A DNA stretch of 64,000 nt from Stylophora pistillata (GCF_002571385.2 NW_019217946.1:74515-138514); one strand, 5' to 3'; positions 50,367-63,796 are shown, numbered from the stretch's first letter. The notes: a model not told the origin generated them from the letters alone. Numbers and translations: made by a program.

Positions 50367-53300
50367 ATGTGCAGATTGTTTCGAACACGTAAATGCACTG
50401 TTCTTCTTATTTTTGTTTTACTTCTCACCTTAACTGGACTTGCCCCACAACTATTTGAGAGGAGAGTGTTTAATGTGATATCACCGTCTCAAGAAACAGC
50501 GAAAAGGTAACTTCTTGTTAGTCGATAGCACCATTTTAGTTTGCGAATTTTAACACATTCGGTTGTCGATGACCGTTGGTCTGGTCTGGGCTTTGAAGAA
50601 TGAGGCATAACACAATACACGCTATTCTTATTCAATGACATGGAAATGATGTGGCCGGGTATTCTGAAGTTTAGCCCTGGTCTGTAAAGGCCTTGAGGAC
50701 TTAACTGAGTAGGTTAGAGAGTTCAAAGTAGCGAATAAATCTCGTCAGTCCAGTTCGCACCTAAATTTCAATTGCTATCCAAATTTTGAAAAAAACCACA
50801 GTGAAAGTGAAATGTCACTGATGAGCACTGCTAATTGTCTGGGAACACATTTGCATTTGTGTTCTCTCTGCCACATACATGCAGGCTAATTATTTCGGTA
50901 TGAAGTATTTTCTATCGCGAAAAAACCTCACAGATTCGTTATAGCAAGTGCTTAGTTATTACCAACACAAATAACCTGGCCGGAAATCTGTGAGTGTCTC
51001 AATCTGAATGCTTCATTGAACGAAGTTCTGATATATTTTAATTTTTGACGGTGTCAGGCCTTACAAACATAATTTCGATGGTGTTAATTTGGTAAGACTA
51101 TATACGATGAAATCTAACAAAGAGAGCTGTCAGAAATACTGTCTATACTGGACAAGGAACTGATTGTTCGCACTCAACAAAGCTGTTTTGTCCCATGGAT
51201 TACTTTACGTAAGAGTTTAAATAATTTTCAATAGTGTTTGTTTTCTTTTAACTTGACGTTTCTCTGTGAGGGGCCCGTACTTTCTAATTCATTTACAACC
51301 GACGTAATTACATCAACCGATCATACCGCAAAATAAGTACATTTAGTATGGATATTCCACGGATTTCTTCGTACTAACTTTCAATGTTACGTTCGTCCAT
51401 GTGCGATATTTTGTTTATATTTTTGGTCACAAACCAGTGTATATGAACATTTTCATTCAGACAAAATTAGGACAAAGTGCCCAATATTTGGTAGAGCAGC
51501 TGTCTGTCACGTGAGTCACGCGATATTTTGTGACTAATCTACCGTGACACGCAAAATTTCTCTCCGCTTGTTAAATGGGTGAAAGTTAACTAACGAATTG
51601 AGAGATGGTTGTGTCATTGGAACTAGATATCTGTTACGTTTTCCTTGTCCCATTACGAAAGTGCATCGTTGATGAAAGAAAAAAACTGTCCTTCACCAGC
51701 ACCATGTCTATTATTTCAAGTTGTGGGATGTGGACCTAAGCGCTTTTCAATTTTTTTTGGGATAAGGCAAAATCAGCGACTGTGACTTTTAACGCATTAA
51801 CCAAGCTTTAAAATTAACACCTTTTACACATTTTCCTCTGTGATCGCATGAACTATATACCTTGAAACACCTCCACATTTAATGAAAAAACACTTGCATT
51901 CCTTTCGAAAGACTAGACACTTTCGGTTCAAATTCCCCATCCCAGTAAGGCAAGGTTCAAAGTCCTTACCCCTGGGCACAGACGATGATCAAATACCCGT
52001 GGGTTGCCCGGGGGGGGGGATGAAAAAGCTTGAATTGATCGGCACATCAGAGCAAAGTAGCTTCAAGCTTAGAGATTAACTCCACCATAAACACGAGGTT
52101 TTTAACGAAGAGGAGGCTTAATTCTAGGTCATTTTTAGACTCAACAGATATGGTTTCTCGGAAGTAGTGACAAAAATCCCTCCTGTATTGCTTGGATGTC
52201 TGTGGAGAATAAACAGAAGCCACCTGAGCTAATTTCTCTGCAAAAAAAAATTGGCTATTTTCTGATCCTCCAGGCTGTGGCAGAAATAAATCTAAAACAG
52301 AAGCAAATAATTACTAGAAGGCCTGCAGAAAGGATTCAGGCGTTTAAACCAGCAGTTAGAAGAGGTTACCATAAAAATGTTGTCAAGATATGTACTCACG
52401 GGTCGATTTATTACAAGCTTCAACATCCCAACTCCCGGGCATTTAAACTTTTGAAGGTCGGTTCGTTCAAATTCTCGCTCACTCGGGCAAAAATGGCGTC
52501 GAGATGCCCCCCCCCCCCAAAGCACGATTCTTTAATATACGATTGGTCAACGAATGTTGCCCCGATTGGTCAACGAATGTTGCTCCGCCCAAGCACGATT
52601 CTTTAATATACGAGTGGTCAACGAATGTTGTTGAATTCAGCAAAGTCACGTATTAGGTTTTGGTGCCGCTGTTTAGTTTTTCGATTATAAGCATCATTCT
52701 ACTATGTGAAAATTTTCTCCTGAGCCAATTGCTCACAGAAGCTACCTTTAAAGTCCTTCGTATTTAGAATTAAAACACGTGTCTCCCGCTGGTTCAAATT
52801 CCCTACCCCACCGAGGCAAGTTTCAAATTTCCTGCCTCGGGGCACCGACGACCGTGTTCCCATTGGATTGTCGCGGGGATGTTGAAGCTTCCAATTGTTC
52901 GGCGCATTACCTAAGGGATTAAAAAGCCTTCGTGTCCACGGAAAGAAAGTCTCGTGACTGGATTTTTTTTCTGTATCATTATTTGCAAGGACTGGGCTAT
53001 GGCAACGAATAGGGATTGTTGGGTGGAAAAAATAGCAATCAGTGTGTGGTCTAAGAAAAAGAAATCAGTGAAGTTTGAAATAGTCTGTATCGCAAACATT
53101 AAATGACAGTTCTGGGAACCAATACGAGTAGACCACCTGAAATCTCTCAGGGAGATTTTTCGAAATGACAAGCATTATTCATTGGTCATATTGATGTGTT
53201 TATATTTTATGGTTCTGCCCGTCGATAAGAAGTGTTTTTTCCTCTCAATTTTGTCTTCATCATCTTTGGAATCCAGATTGATATTGCGCAAATGATTTGT

Positions 53301-56300
53301 CGGACCAAAGCAAAAAAGACTAAGACACTCTTTAGAACTGGTGATATTGAATTAAAACACTTGGCAACACTTTGTCAAATATAATAAAAGCGTCGTCATA
53401 TTGAAATAAAAAAGTTGCCATTAAAAAGCACAGAACGTCATTTTCACGGCAGATTTTCTCTGATAACAGACAAGATAATATGCTAATTTCTTTTTCCTCT
53501 ACTCTCCCCAGTGTGCAATGGCGTCTAGAGTTTTAGTTCCGATTCGTCGGAGACCATTTGCGTGCATCCTTTGTATATCCTTGGTTCTTGGATGGGCTTT
53601 GTATTTTAAAAGATGTGAGAGGGTTTTTTCTTACGGATTTGAGTAAGTGAATGTTACGCTTTATATTTTGAGAGTAGCTTAAGTGCGGAAATTAGCGACA
53701 CCACTGGTTGTTGTGCTCGGGTTCTCGGATTTCTGAACACAGATGTTGTGTGGGAAATTAGGCCCGCTAGTTTTGATTGAGACTGCAAAACTTTAAGATT
53801 GAAGTCTTGAAAATGACGCAGGAAGTCTCTGATCTACTCGTCATAAAAATTCATTTTTTTCCGACTTGCATCTTTTAATTCGTTTATTAGCTGACTTTAT
53901 GTATTCACAAGGTGAGCGGAAACCAGTACATATGGCTTAAAGAAACATAGCTTGGGAATGTGTGATATTTGCCTTCTTGCTTTTGTTTGAGCAACAGTTA
54001 TTTGATATATAGCCGGCCGACTTGCTGAGTTCTCCGCATATTCAATTCAAAATTAGATACTATAGCTCTTCTTACTGATTATATTTTGAACACTATATTT
54101 GGAGTTTTGAGTAAGGATTGATAAATCGCGTCAAATGTGTGGTTAAACTTAAGAGACTTCAAGATGCAAGTTTAACACAACAATGATAGCAATTATAGTT
54201 GCAGAAATTATGTTGACTGTCTTACCTAGCCCAAGTTTAGTTTAGAATTTTTCTTTGGTTAGGTATTTGAAAATGTTAAGCCAAAAATAGATAAGGAAGC
54301 CGCTCAAATCTCTGAAAATGCAATGTGCTACAAAATTATTTTAATTTCCACACTGGTCTACTTCAATACAATTGCTTATTCACGCCATATCAACCAGTGC
54401 ACCTGGTCCTCAACGCATAATAATTGTGGTATTGGAGTTGAAATATCAAATAAATCTATTTCCTCTTTCAATGCTGGCAACTATTATCGTTTAAACGAAG
54501 ATTATACTTAAGAAATATACTTGAGAAGTGAAATAATATAGTATTCGGTTGAAAACACAAAGAATCACCTTCATTTGAATTACCTGCTGTTTACGTACTA
54601 TAATGTCTGCGGTAGGTCAATATTATGTTTAAAAGTCGCAACAAGAAGATCTGAATAAGTGACAATTTTCTTTCTAAGACATGCTCGACTCTTTTTATAA
54701 AAATGTGTCAAAGCCCTGCAGGGCAGACATTGGTATCACTATCGTCTTTGTTCACTATGAATTTCAATTCACGATTTTATGTTCTTCTTTCTCAACGATA
54801 ATTATCTTATCGCGAGAGCCTTCGTCACTATTTTCCAGCAAAGCGGGCATCGACACCATGAAATCTAAATCGGGAACTAGTCTTTTAAGGGGTCCAGATT
54901 GACATTGCGTTAGTAAATGTCACATGAGCATGCGCACAGGAGGGCCACAGAGGCTATTCCTCTAAGATCGCAAACCTTTTGGTGAAAGTGTGATTCCATC
55001 ATAAACAGGAAAAGCGCGGGAAAAGTTTGGTAAGGATAAGGGAAGCAAGGGTAATCTTTGCATTGCTGCTGTCGTTTTCGGTTACTGATAACTTAGCTTT
55101 CTGAAAACTAGGTGCTGTAGAAAATTGGAAACGGCGATCGTGTATTGTGCGCTTGCGCTAGTGCCGAAAGAAATAAGAATTAATTTCGATAAGCGTGCAA
55201 GAGGTCTTAAGAGTAAAAAGACATTGATATATGAACCATAAGTGTGACGTGTACTTGTAGCTGTTGTTGTCGGAATTTGCGGAATTTCGTTAACAATATG
55301 TTCAGGAGCGCGAACACCCTGAAATACCCGACGGCCGATGAGAGCCTGGGTTGTAAACGCGATGTTTAAGGCACAAAGCTCGTTATAGTAGACTCCGTCT
55401 ACGTCGGAGACACGTTGACCAACACGTAGTACAGTGGGCTCGGTGGGGAGTGATTTGGGGTCAGGATCAGGCCAGGTTATTGTGTTTTGTGTCGTATCGC
55501 CTCCCTCCACCCATGGGTTCGAAGCGGTACCGGCGAACCGTCATTTTCCCCTTGCGAAATACTGGGGATCGGCCTGCTGATGAACCAGTCTACCATTCAA
55601 GGAAAGGAGCACTACTCTTATCTGTAGGGGCGTAGCCAGGATTTTTCTAAGGGGGGGGGGTCGTACAATGGCAAACAGAGGGAACTCACCAGATTGTCAT
55701 GTCGACCTCCACGTCTTGATGTACTAAATGTGACAAAAAAAAAAAAAAAAGGCTTACAAAGGAGGGAGAGGTCACGGGCACCCATTGATGCCTGTGACCT
55801 GGCTACACCTTTGATCTTTATTATGCAAAAAATATTGTAATGATAGTAGAAATCTTGAATGTTGCATTTGAACGCTAACTGTGTGATTTTCTGACTTTAA
55901 TAGGAAAACAAGAACTGGAAGCTTAAAGCCAGTGAGCATTTGTGACTGTGAGAATGACTGCAAAGCTGACGATTTTTTAAAAGATTTACTACCTAATAAC
56001 ACGCCGCCTCCACCGTGCAAGCCTGTGAATAATGTTTTATTCCTGAAGACGCACAAAACTGGGTCCAGTACAGTGACTAACATTTTAAATCGCTACGGCG
56101 ACACAAGAGACTTAATGTTTGCTTTGCCAATCTCAAGGTCACTGTATAGTTTTTACTGGCCTCGACCATTCCAACTTAGGTTCACACAAGCATTTGGTAG
56201 AGCACCAAATATCCTCTGCAACCATGCGAGATATAACAAAGTACCCATGAACTGGCTCTTCCCAAAGACGACAACTCGCTACATTACGCTTTTTAGGGAA

Positions 56301-57047
56301 CCAACAGACCATTTTGAGTCTGTATTTAACTTTTTTCATCTTGATAAACGTCTCTCTAGATCGAGAAACAAGGTTCTCCCATTGCACATGTTTCTTGAAA
56401 ATCCCTCTTTTTATCTTAAACAAGTGCAAAACATCACAGGATTGCTAACGTTGGCGAAGAATCCGACTTTATTTGAGTTGGGCCTCGATACAAAATATCA
56501 CGAAAATTTGGTCACAGTGCGGAACTACATTCGCTTTCTACAACACGAGTTCGACATAGTGATGCTAATGGAACACTTTGACGAATCGCTTGTACTCCTT
56601 AAACGACGTTTTTGTTGGAAAATTGAGGACATTCTATATTTTAAACTCAACGAAAGATTACAAAAACACAAACAGAAAGTACCAAGTACAGTGAGGGACC
56701 AAATTAAACATTGGAATTCAGGCGATGTGCTCTTGTACGATGCTTTCAATCGAACACTCTGGGAGATGATCAAGGAAGAAGGCCCAGCTTTCTTTGAAGA
56801 TCTTTCACTATTTCGAAGGGAGTTGGAAAATATTAAAACAAAATGCCTTCGGGAGGGAAATTTTCTAACCAAGCCGTATTCTGGAAGATTGGTACAGGGT
56901 TATGCAGTACGATCAGATGTCTCTAAAGAACTAAATGATACATGCCACAAAATGATTAAGAATGAAATTCCATACCTTGATTATCATCGTGAAAAACTTG
57001 TAAAATTGTATCAAACCATTGATAGATCAGTAAACAGACCATTTTAA
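50367..57047 (+). CDS. GAL3ST: Galactose-3-O-sulfotransferase family (GAL3ST/CST-like), isoform A: 50367-50506 + 55904-57047
   Basis: 5'-PSB FLKTHKTGSSTV, 3'-PB LFREPTDHFESVFNFF, and VMLMEHFDESLVLLKRRFCW. The first exon encodes a basic tail and a TM segment (CTVLLIFVLLLTLTGLA) and ends in phase 2, matching the phase-2 acceptor at 55904. Confidence 0.9.
52398..52909. mobile_element. Decayed MITE with internal tandem duplications; partial related copy ~51925-52047
   Basis: Inverted AAGCTTCAACATCCC / GGGATGTTGAAGCTT near the ends, with duplicated GATTGGTCAACGAATGTTG units inside. Confidence 0.55.
53518..53642 (+). CDS. GAL3ST: Alternative first coding exon of the sulfotransferase (isoform B signal anchor)
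   Basis: MASRVLVPIRRRPFACILCISLVLGWALYFKRCERVFSYGF, GA|gtaagt phase-2 donor, and a strong acceptor 6 nt upstream of the ATG. Confidence 0.8.
55624..55812. mobile_element. Short MITE
   Basis: Inverted ends AGGGGCGTAGCCAGG / CCTGGCTACACCTT. Confidence 0.6.
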
Positions 57048-58201
57048 TCATGAAGATTAGTATGTCATCAACATCTTACTCCGGCTATTCCTGTTTTAAG
57101 AGAGTTATGCTCCCAAAACCATACAATCTATCTCTCCCATTAAAAAGTATATTTGACATTAGTATTATTTGTCCGCGTTTTGAAATTCCAAAAGTTAACC
57201 TTACCTTACGACTTCGTCTTCAAGTGTGACAAAAAGTCGACAAAAGCCGCCATTTTGAATCTCGCTTAGCAACCTCGCCGCTTACCTGTGACTTGGAAAG
57301 TCTTACACCTCTTGCCCCATCCCTTCAGTCGTATTAAAACAAAAAGGAGCTACACAAATAGTATTTTTAACTGAAGTACATATCTGTTGCGTCAAGTAGA
57401 GCAGCAACTGTTTATGAACTGCGTTGTAGTTTAGCGTGTACGGCCAGGTTACTGATCGATCTTACAAATGGCAGCTTCCATGCTCGAATCCTTTGCACTT
57501 TTATAGACAACTTTCGAATAGTAAGGTCACTTTTTGGAGTCTCAAACGGCGGTAAGTAGTTAATTCTTTTGTATTCTCTCTGATGGCGAGGATGAAATTT
57601 GCATAATTTTCGGAGTTTACTTCTTCTTCGTGGATAAACTGGTAATTGTAAATGTTTCTTGCAGAACAGCTTGGCTACAGTTCAGGACATATTTATTCGC
57701 CGCGGTAAAGAAGAGGCAGTCGTTGTGTTCTATCGTAATGTGGCGTTTCTTAGTTTCTTTCTCGCTGAGTTAGCAAGCACTAAAGAATATACGTAATAAA
57801 TTTCTAAGAACCAATGTTCTTACAGAATTAAAGTTGGTTTTCACAGTAAATTTTAACTATCTCTTCGAGCTGTATTTAAATCATGTGTAGAGCAATATTA
57901 GGAGAGACTCGTGGAGCTGGAAAAAAGGACGTTTTCGTTTGGTTCACGAAAAAATGTATTCGCAATTACAGGCTTAGGAAATTTGAGTACTGATCAGACG
58001 TCCTTACTTGAATAAAATTGTAAAGAAACACAAAAATTGTGAGTGACCTGGAAGGCCAAAACTGGGGCAGATTACATCAACTGATTAGGACCACTCAGTC
58101 AGCAGCCCTTAATTTTCAGATTTATCTCTTCCTGTCGGATGAAAGTGAAGTTTCAAAATGAACAGATTTTCTGGTATTGTACATTTAAAGTCTGTTTAAT
58201 A

Positions 58202-61200
58202 TCAGCGGTCAATAAATCTTAATTTGACTTCCCTGTCGGGGACAAGAAGCGAAATGCTCGTTGGTTTCACTTCATTAAGCGACTCAAGCCAGACGTTCTG
58301 CGACACCTGATAGAGGAATATAATTAATGCACATTACAATCAGAAAAGGATAAAACGAAAAAACTGTAATTTAATAACATGTTGCTATATGTCACAGAGC
58401 ACTGCTTTGTCTCATATTGACAAACAAGTAGAAAATCACTTCAAGCGTTATGAAAACAAATTTTACAACCGATTTTGGTCAAACAACAACATTTTTTGAA
58501 AATCTGCAGTAAACAGTTGTTTTCTCTTGTTGGATTTTTTAAGATACGCGCAAGGGGGTTTTTAATACAGATGCAAGTCTGCAAAAAAATTCCTTTACTC
58601 GTGTTAATAAAGACGCTCGCAAAAAGATCACGTGATAAGAAAACAAAAAAAACAAAACAAAACAAAACAAAGCAAAACAGCAACAACAACAACAACAACA
58701 ACAAATCTAAAAAAAAAAAAACAGGCTTGTTGATATACTCTAGTTCAAAATCAATTGTCGGGTTTAAAAATCTTACCCGAGATAAAAGAAGATGCATTTC
58801 CAGTTCTGCTACACGGCGACCTAATCGACGCAACAATAAGACAGAAAAAAAGCTCAGGGAAAAATATAGATGCATTACAAATGAAATTCTAAAGATCAGG
58901 CTCAGCAAATTTCATCGGTATCACCTCAGAGTATGGCAAATACACTTATTTAGTTAAGGATGTTGACTTCCCTTAAAGCGCACCTAAACCCAAAATTTTT
59001 TTTTCACTTAACGAAATAAGCATATTTTTTGGAGTATTTCTGTTCAAAAATTTTTTTATTTGCTCAAATCTTCAATTGTCTGTGCCCAGTCAAAATACGG
59101 AAAATCGGCCGCCATCTTGCCCCACGACCGAGTCACACATTTTCACTTGTTTGAGGAGGTTATAGTCGCTATTGTCCGAAAATATGCCGACTAAGTGTGT
59201 TGTTGGAGGATGTAGCAACGTGCGAAATTTGCAAGAGGGTATAGCGCTTCATACATTCCTCATACAACACACCTAGTCGGCATATTTCGGACAATATCGA
59301 CGACAGCCTTCCCAAACAAGTGAAAATGTGTGAAATGCAGACTTTCGTGTTCTCGATTTGACGTCTCATTACCCGCTAGAACCATTCCTCTTTAAGGCGG
59401 GGTAAACCTGAAAAAATGCCCATTTTTTGACCATTTTTCATGGCTAGGATTTAACTGAAAACTTAGGCAAACTATATATCACTGGAAAGCTTAGGACTTG
59501 AAGATCATGAAAAAAATATTTCACACTCCACATGCATGNNNNNNNNNNNAGGCGCAATGAATTAAATACAAATCCTGTCATCCTCCTAATTTCCGAAAAA
59601 GACTCTGAATTAATAGCCCCAAGTTCAAAACTCCTCTGCTTACCAAGGCACATCCTGGTGCCAAATCCAAAAGGTTGCGAGGCGAATGCATGGTAATGGG
59701 ACTTGTTTGTGTCATCCCTCAGCCACCGGTCAGGTTTGTACTCTAAAGGATCATCAAACAGTGCTGGATCACGACCCATCACATACAGTGGAACACGTAT
59801 CATCGTCTGTGTTTTTTTTCGAAAACAAAATAGGAGATTCAGCAGATCAAAGATTGTAAGGGAGTAGCAAATAAGACAAGTGGCAGCCACCACGGCTTTG
59901 TAGTGACCCAAAATATAAACTTAAATGAAACTAATCGAAGTTCCTGTTTATGTTTAACTCGCTGGATGCTTCATAAAAAGAAGTCGCCAAGAAGTAGGTA
60001 AAAACAAACTAAAGAAAAAATTTATGAAAACGCGATGACTTTATTTTCTCATATTATATCCATATTTCAATCTTACATGATTCCTTACATTTGTTGATGT
60101 TGTAAAAGGATCACACGATTCTGGTGTATTTTGAACACTACATTACCCCTTCCCCCCCTCCCCTCCTAGCTATATGATATTCCTAGTCCATATTCTACTG
60201 CGGTACAGTAGTATTGACTCACGTTTGGTGGTATGCGGTAACCCTGAATGACGATGTCTTCCTGAAGAATGCGAGCGTTTTCCGTTGCCACTGGAAAGAG
60301 CCTGGATAAATTTTCAGCGAAGCAGTAGTCATTTTATAGAAACTGGAAGGTACCAGATGCTTACACAAACAACGGATACAAAAACAAAACACATCAACAA
60401 AAACTGCTCACAGCAACAATAATAACTACAGCAAAAATTACAGCTATACGATTATTGGGCCAAAAAGAGAAAGAACACAATGAAAAAAACAACGAAACAT
60501 CAGTTCAATCAAGCAGACAACAGAAAATGATGACAGAGTTAACTACAGGTGTACAAGATCTTTCTCTCGCGTTGTGATGACTTCTTGTGATTAGTTTTAA
60601 CTAAAACAGTGGATAGTGTTGAAGGCGCACTCTGATTGGCTACTAAATTCGAACATCCTTTGCTATTCTCCTCAGTGTAACTCGTGCGGGACTGGCGCCC
60701 GCGGGTTAGGTTGTATCGTCTCACTGTTTTAGTAACTATAGATTTTTTACGGAAAAAACTATTCCCTCGAGTGTCGATGGCTCGGTGTGGATATTAATCT
60801 AGCCGCTTCCCAGCTCGGTAAAAATCCACCACAAGGCACATCCACTTCGGTGAATGAGTGGTAACAGAAGCTCAAAACAGAAGGTTCTAGGTCATAAGCT
60901 TCTGGTGGTAAATATTATGCATGAAGTGAGAACACAACAGCAACACGAAATAAACATCAAGAAATTTGTATCATAGCGTTGACTAGTTAAGAGTCATCTT
61001 CAATACGGCGACCGTAATTTAACATTCATCGTTGTAAATAACAATGCTCTTATCGGGAAAAAGCATGGGTCAGCTGGAAAGTATGAAAAATTTTCGTGTC
61101 ATTACATCTCAACTATTGTAAAAACGACAGTTTAAAATTGCCATAAGAAGGTTTGAAATTCCCACTTCCAGTTCGATCTTTTAAATCAAATTTTCTCCAT

Positions 61201-63796
61201 TGATTCAAATTCTGTTAATCCGCAGTTTTAGTAAACCCAATTACATACATACATAACTTAATTTAAACTCTGATTTTAGAGTAGCTCGAAAGAGCTAGTA
61301 TCTCCGAGTATAACACCCACCCATCCCACCCCAGAGGAGGACATCCACCGCACAGTAATCTCGTGCGTGAGAAATTAACGTCTCCTACCCCTAACCCTGC
61401 AGGAGACGGGGTCTATGGTTTATTCGTCCTTATCCAAGAAGACTAGAATATCTATCCATTTCTTGATATTCTCCTCAGTTATGTCACACCCAAGATCTCA
61501 TTCATAATTCTCCTTACTGTTCGGAGAATTTGGTATTGGATCAACCAATAATCACCTCGTTGATTTTTTTTCTCTTTATTCTCATCATTTGTCTGCTTGA
61601 TATTGAACACTCATGGGAGTTACAGGGTTAATCTACCAGGAAGCAAAATACACTGCAACAAATAATTTGTCAGCCTACCTCAAAGTTTCCTTGACACATC
61701 CTCTAAGAAATGGCATCTTCTGCAAAGTAGCAGGAGTTGCTAGTTCACCTGGTTGAAGAACTGCGCTAACTTCTTCATGAAGCTGTTTTTGTACAGAAGG
61801 ATTTCGTGCAAGCAGATACAACGTCCACAGGCTTGTGTTTGACGTCTGCAAATCGAAATAAATAAATTCAATTATTTAGTCAACGTCCGTATTATGGACT
61901 TTTCCATTTCGAGCGCTCCTTTTTGAATTTATCTGACCGATAATTCGACCAATTTATGTCAAAATAATTTTTGTAGATCCGTCAAGATAATTTGATGTTA
62001 CATCTCAATAATGTCTCCATAGGACTCAGGTTTTCCATACAAAGAAATGCTTACAGTGCTATACACAGTGTTTATTAAATCTGGGTGACCAATGGTGACG
62101 GTCCGGAGAAAAGTGCTGACTCACAGTTGCACTCCCATCCTAACTTTTATCGTCATAGCATTCCCCTTCCCTCCTCTTCCGTCAAAATCCTCGCCCTCTG
62201 GAAGCAATGAAAAGTTACCCGTTCCCCTAAGAGGGAGGCGACTTCAGATTTTGTTCTACGGTCAGGCATGAATGCTCATGCAAGTGAAATCCCATCCATT
62301 CAGGATTTTCGTACCTAATCTACTTTTTGTTTAAAACATGGTGATTATCGCTCATACTTACCGTTTCCACGGCAGCCATCAATATCTCCACCAAGTTTGC
62401 CGTGATTTCTGTGGAACTGATGTCATCTCTGCCGATTAGAAAAGTCAAAAACTCCGCTGCATCTTCGTCCTGTGCTTCTCCATTTTCCAGTCTTTTACGA
62501 ATTTCGCTCAACCTGTTTTCGATACAACTGTTGCCAAAGTCGTACATCACATCCATGCAGTCGTAAAATTCTCGAAAGCTCTTCGGTCTGTAGAATTTGT
62601 CAATCCAAAGAGGTATAACATATGCCTTCAGAAACAGATTGAACAGTTTCTCAACAGCTTCAATAAACTTGGCAGCCTCAGGTGACGGTGATTCACCAAA
62701 GGTGCCAAATCTTGTTTCAAAAAGTACCGTGCCAACCGCTGCAGTTTGAAAGAACACGACATCTCGTTAACATCATTTTCAGGTAAGACCATATTAAAGG
62801 AAGTAACCATCCATGTTTCAATCTATTGGCAAGCATCTTGGTTTTATAAGTTTTTAGTTTAAGCTTTGGGAGAAAGGCATTATAAATATCGTACAAGACT
62901 ACGGATGTCCCCGTTTGAGCCCTGTGCAGGTCGAGTTGAGGTCTCGTGTAAAACTGAATATTTGCTCCCATAATGTCTCTCTTCGCTGAGGGAGGTGAAT
63001 GAATGAGTACCACCAAAATGTAGGAAAGCAATCTTCCCAGTAATGAACGAACACTACTTATGCAGCAGTGAAAATCGCTTTCATACATTTCTTACAACTG
63101 CTGTCTACATGTATGATTTTTCATATATTCAAATTCATCGTCTCTTCGCAAATGCGAATAAATGGGGATAAGCCCCCTGCATTTTTGGCCATTAATGCCG
63201 CAATACTTCACACGAATCACTCAGAGCTTTTACCTAAACTGCCTCATGTTATATAGTTTTAAAAAAATTGAATTAGATACGCGTTAGCTGTGACTTCATC
63301 GAAATATGAAACAATTGGAAAGTCTGGAAAGCGCAAGAAAAGCTAAGAGTGCTCACAGCTACGTCTCGAGGAACTGTCACGCATCCGTCATGTTTTTAAT
63401 GCCTCCCGCGTGCTTTATATCTCGATAAACGCCTACCAACGCTTGAAACAGTTGTTCATTTTATAAACTAATGGAAACTGCAAACTAGCCGCACTTTCTT
63501 TGGGTGTTCTTTTGTTTTTCTTTAATCTGACCGCCACCTTCGAGAATCTAATTCTTTGTCATTACTGATGATAACTTTTGCAAATATTTTATTATCAAAA
63601 CTCACATTCTAAAGACCACTTGAAGAGTTCCTGTTGAATGTCGGGAATGACACCGTCACTATCACGTGTCTGTTTCGTCCGATTTAGTAGGTCAGATATG
63701 ACATCATTCAGTGGTTTTGAGTATTCACCAACAACTTTAGGTTTTAGCATTTTCATGTTCAACACTCGACGAACTTTAAACCACTCCTCTCCTTGT
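58202..63796 (-). CDS. Cytochrome P450, mitochondrial clan (CYP10/27/44/49-like), 5'-partial; exons 63796-63606, 62738-62362, 61845-61679, 60301-60223, 59806-59644, 58820-58777, 58306-58202
   Basis: C-helix GEEWFKVR, WSLESVGTVLFETRFG, I-helix MAAVETTS, K-helix KETLR, PDRW, heme motif PFGFGTRMCLGRRVAE, C-terminus KLRFIDR*. All phases are consistent, and the gene continues beyond the window end. Confidence 0.93.
58973..59538. mobile_element. DNA-transposon remnants carrying a truncated THAP-domain ORF
   Basis: Segments start after TTAA. ORF 59184-59276, MPTKCVVGGCSNVRNLQEGIALHTF, matches the N-terminus of THAP zinc fingers. Confidence 0.6.
59539..59549. other. Small assembly gap
   Basis: 11 N bases in a CYP intron. 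Confidence 1.
61241..61467 (-). mobile_element. 5'-truncated SINE of the same family as 36943-37299, with a different 3' tail
   Basis: 61330-61467 is the reverse complement of ~37073-37220. The tail ends in (TATG)n. Confidence 0.8.

Noticed and set aside
56139-56872. Antisense ORFs within the sulfotransferase (and similarly within IRF and the GTPase)
   Set aside because: Shadow ORFs of real coding exons.
58441-58957. 155-160 aa ORFs on both strands
   Set aside because: Produced by (CAAAA)n/(CAA)n low-complexity sequence. Only 58777-58820 (-) is a real CYP exon.
55904-63796. Sulfotransferase plus P450 as a biosynthetic gene cluster
   Set aside because: Only adjacency (convergent, ~1.1 kb apart) supports it. 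GAL3ST enzymes are Golgi glycan sulfotransferases and this CYP is mitochondrial-clan, so no shared pathway is evident.
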